Assembly (NCBI RefSeq): GCF_001194135.2
Contig: NC_068982.1
Coordinates: 178,657,002-178,720,963, forward strand
Direction of reading: 5' to 3'
DNA length: 63,962 nucleotides
DNA from: Octopus bimaculoides
Taxonomy: Eukaryota
The notes under the pieces were generated by a model. The model saw nothing but the letters and a program-made list of their open reading frames with translations. It had not been told where the DNA came from and did no database searches. The position numbers were made by a program, and so were the translations under genes. Positions 63,345 to 63,962 of this stretch are shown here, one piece after another. How positions within the stretch are numbered: position 1 is the first letter of the stretch; each line of letters starts with the position of its first letter.

Positions 63345-63810
63345 GCTACAATTTGGTATAATCAGCAACATAATTTTCTTGTTCTGCATACGAACATGGT
63401 AGGGTAGGAAAGATACGTCATTCTGTGGAGTTTGATTACATTATTTTGCCCATTGATGGATATTGCAAGTTAGTGGAATGTATGTATTTCTCAAGGACAC
63501 AGATTTGGCAATTACGAGCTAGGGTGAATAAGGAGGAGCTCTGTCAACGATACTCCATTCGATGTTGGGGATGTCATGTCAATGGTTCTGGAGTCGCCAG
63601 ATGAAGCGGGACAGAGATAGAGTTTTAACGATCCTTCTAACAGAAGGAACGCATGTGTTTTGTATATCTTCCTTTAAATTCATTGGCTGTCATGCTCGTG
63701 TAGTTGTTTGCGTTGCCATCAGATGGTCTGAGATAGCCCTTTAGACTACAGCTATTGATAAACAGGGTCCCTCATAGGCTAGCAAGTAAAATGTCAGTAG
63801 TTACAAATTA
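63345..63810 (-). mobile_element. Penelope-like element, GIY-YIG endonuclease relic
   Basis: GPCL...VV..DGNANNYTSMTANEFKGRYTKH...SLSRFIWRL...IPNIEWSIVDRAPPYS...CQICVLEKY; disabled. Confidence 0.82.
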
Positions 63811-63904
63811 GGGTACGGCCTGTGTTGATGTCTGCTTGCGTATACTGTAGCGTGCGATATTTGAAGCGATATTATCTTAACACGAGTATCTAAACTTGAA
63901 GTTG

Positions 63905-63906
<2 letters not shown>

Positions 63907-63962
<56 letters not shown>
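63907..63962. repeat. (CA)n microsatellite running to the window end
   Basis: Direct read. Confidence 0.95.

Overview
AT-rich, microsatellite-dense animal genomic DNA from a gapped draft assembly (six N gaps). The SINE and LINE repertoire matches my recollection of Octopus repeats, possibly O. bimaculoides; this is an inference, not a database match. I cannot identify any host protein-coding gene. The long ORFs in the track are microsatellite or N-gap artefacts or pieces of decayed transposons. The window is essentially a mobile-element graveyard: tRNA-derived SINEs (two with clear target-site duplications), a full-length fossil mariner, a truncated Tc1, RTE, CR1/Jockey-like and Tx1-like LINE relics, a Ty3/gypsy gag-protease fragment, Penelope (GIY-YIG) relics, and many R4/Dong-like RT-REL LINE fragments anchored in (TAA)n/(TTC)n repeats, including a ~10 kb all-minus-strand pile-up at 42.4-53.2 kb. 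The most interesting unannotated signal is a set of minimal type-I hammerhead ribozyme motifs: 31734-31774(-) and 31901-31941(+) in the arms of a 545-bp foldback, 32917-33000(-), 56858-56893(+) and 63131-63180(-), plus degenerate copies. Two of them lie just downstream of GIY-YIG ORF remnants. Several ~0.4-0.55 kb inverted-repeat structures are also present. A few splice-signal-bounded segments are listed only as weak exon candidates.
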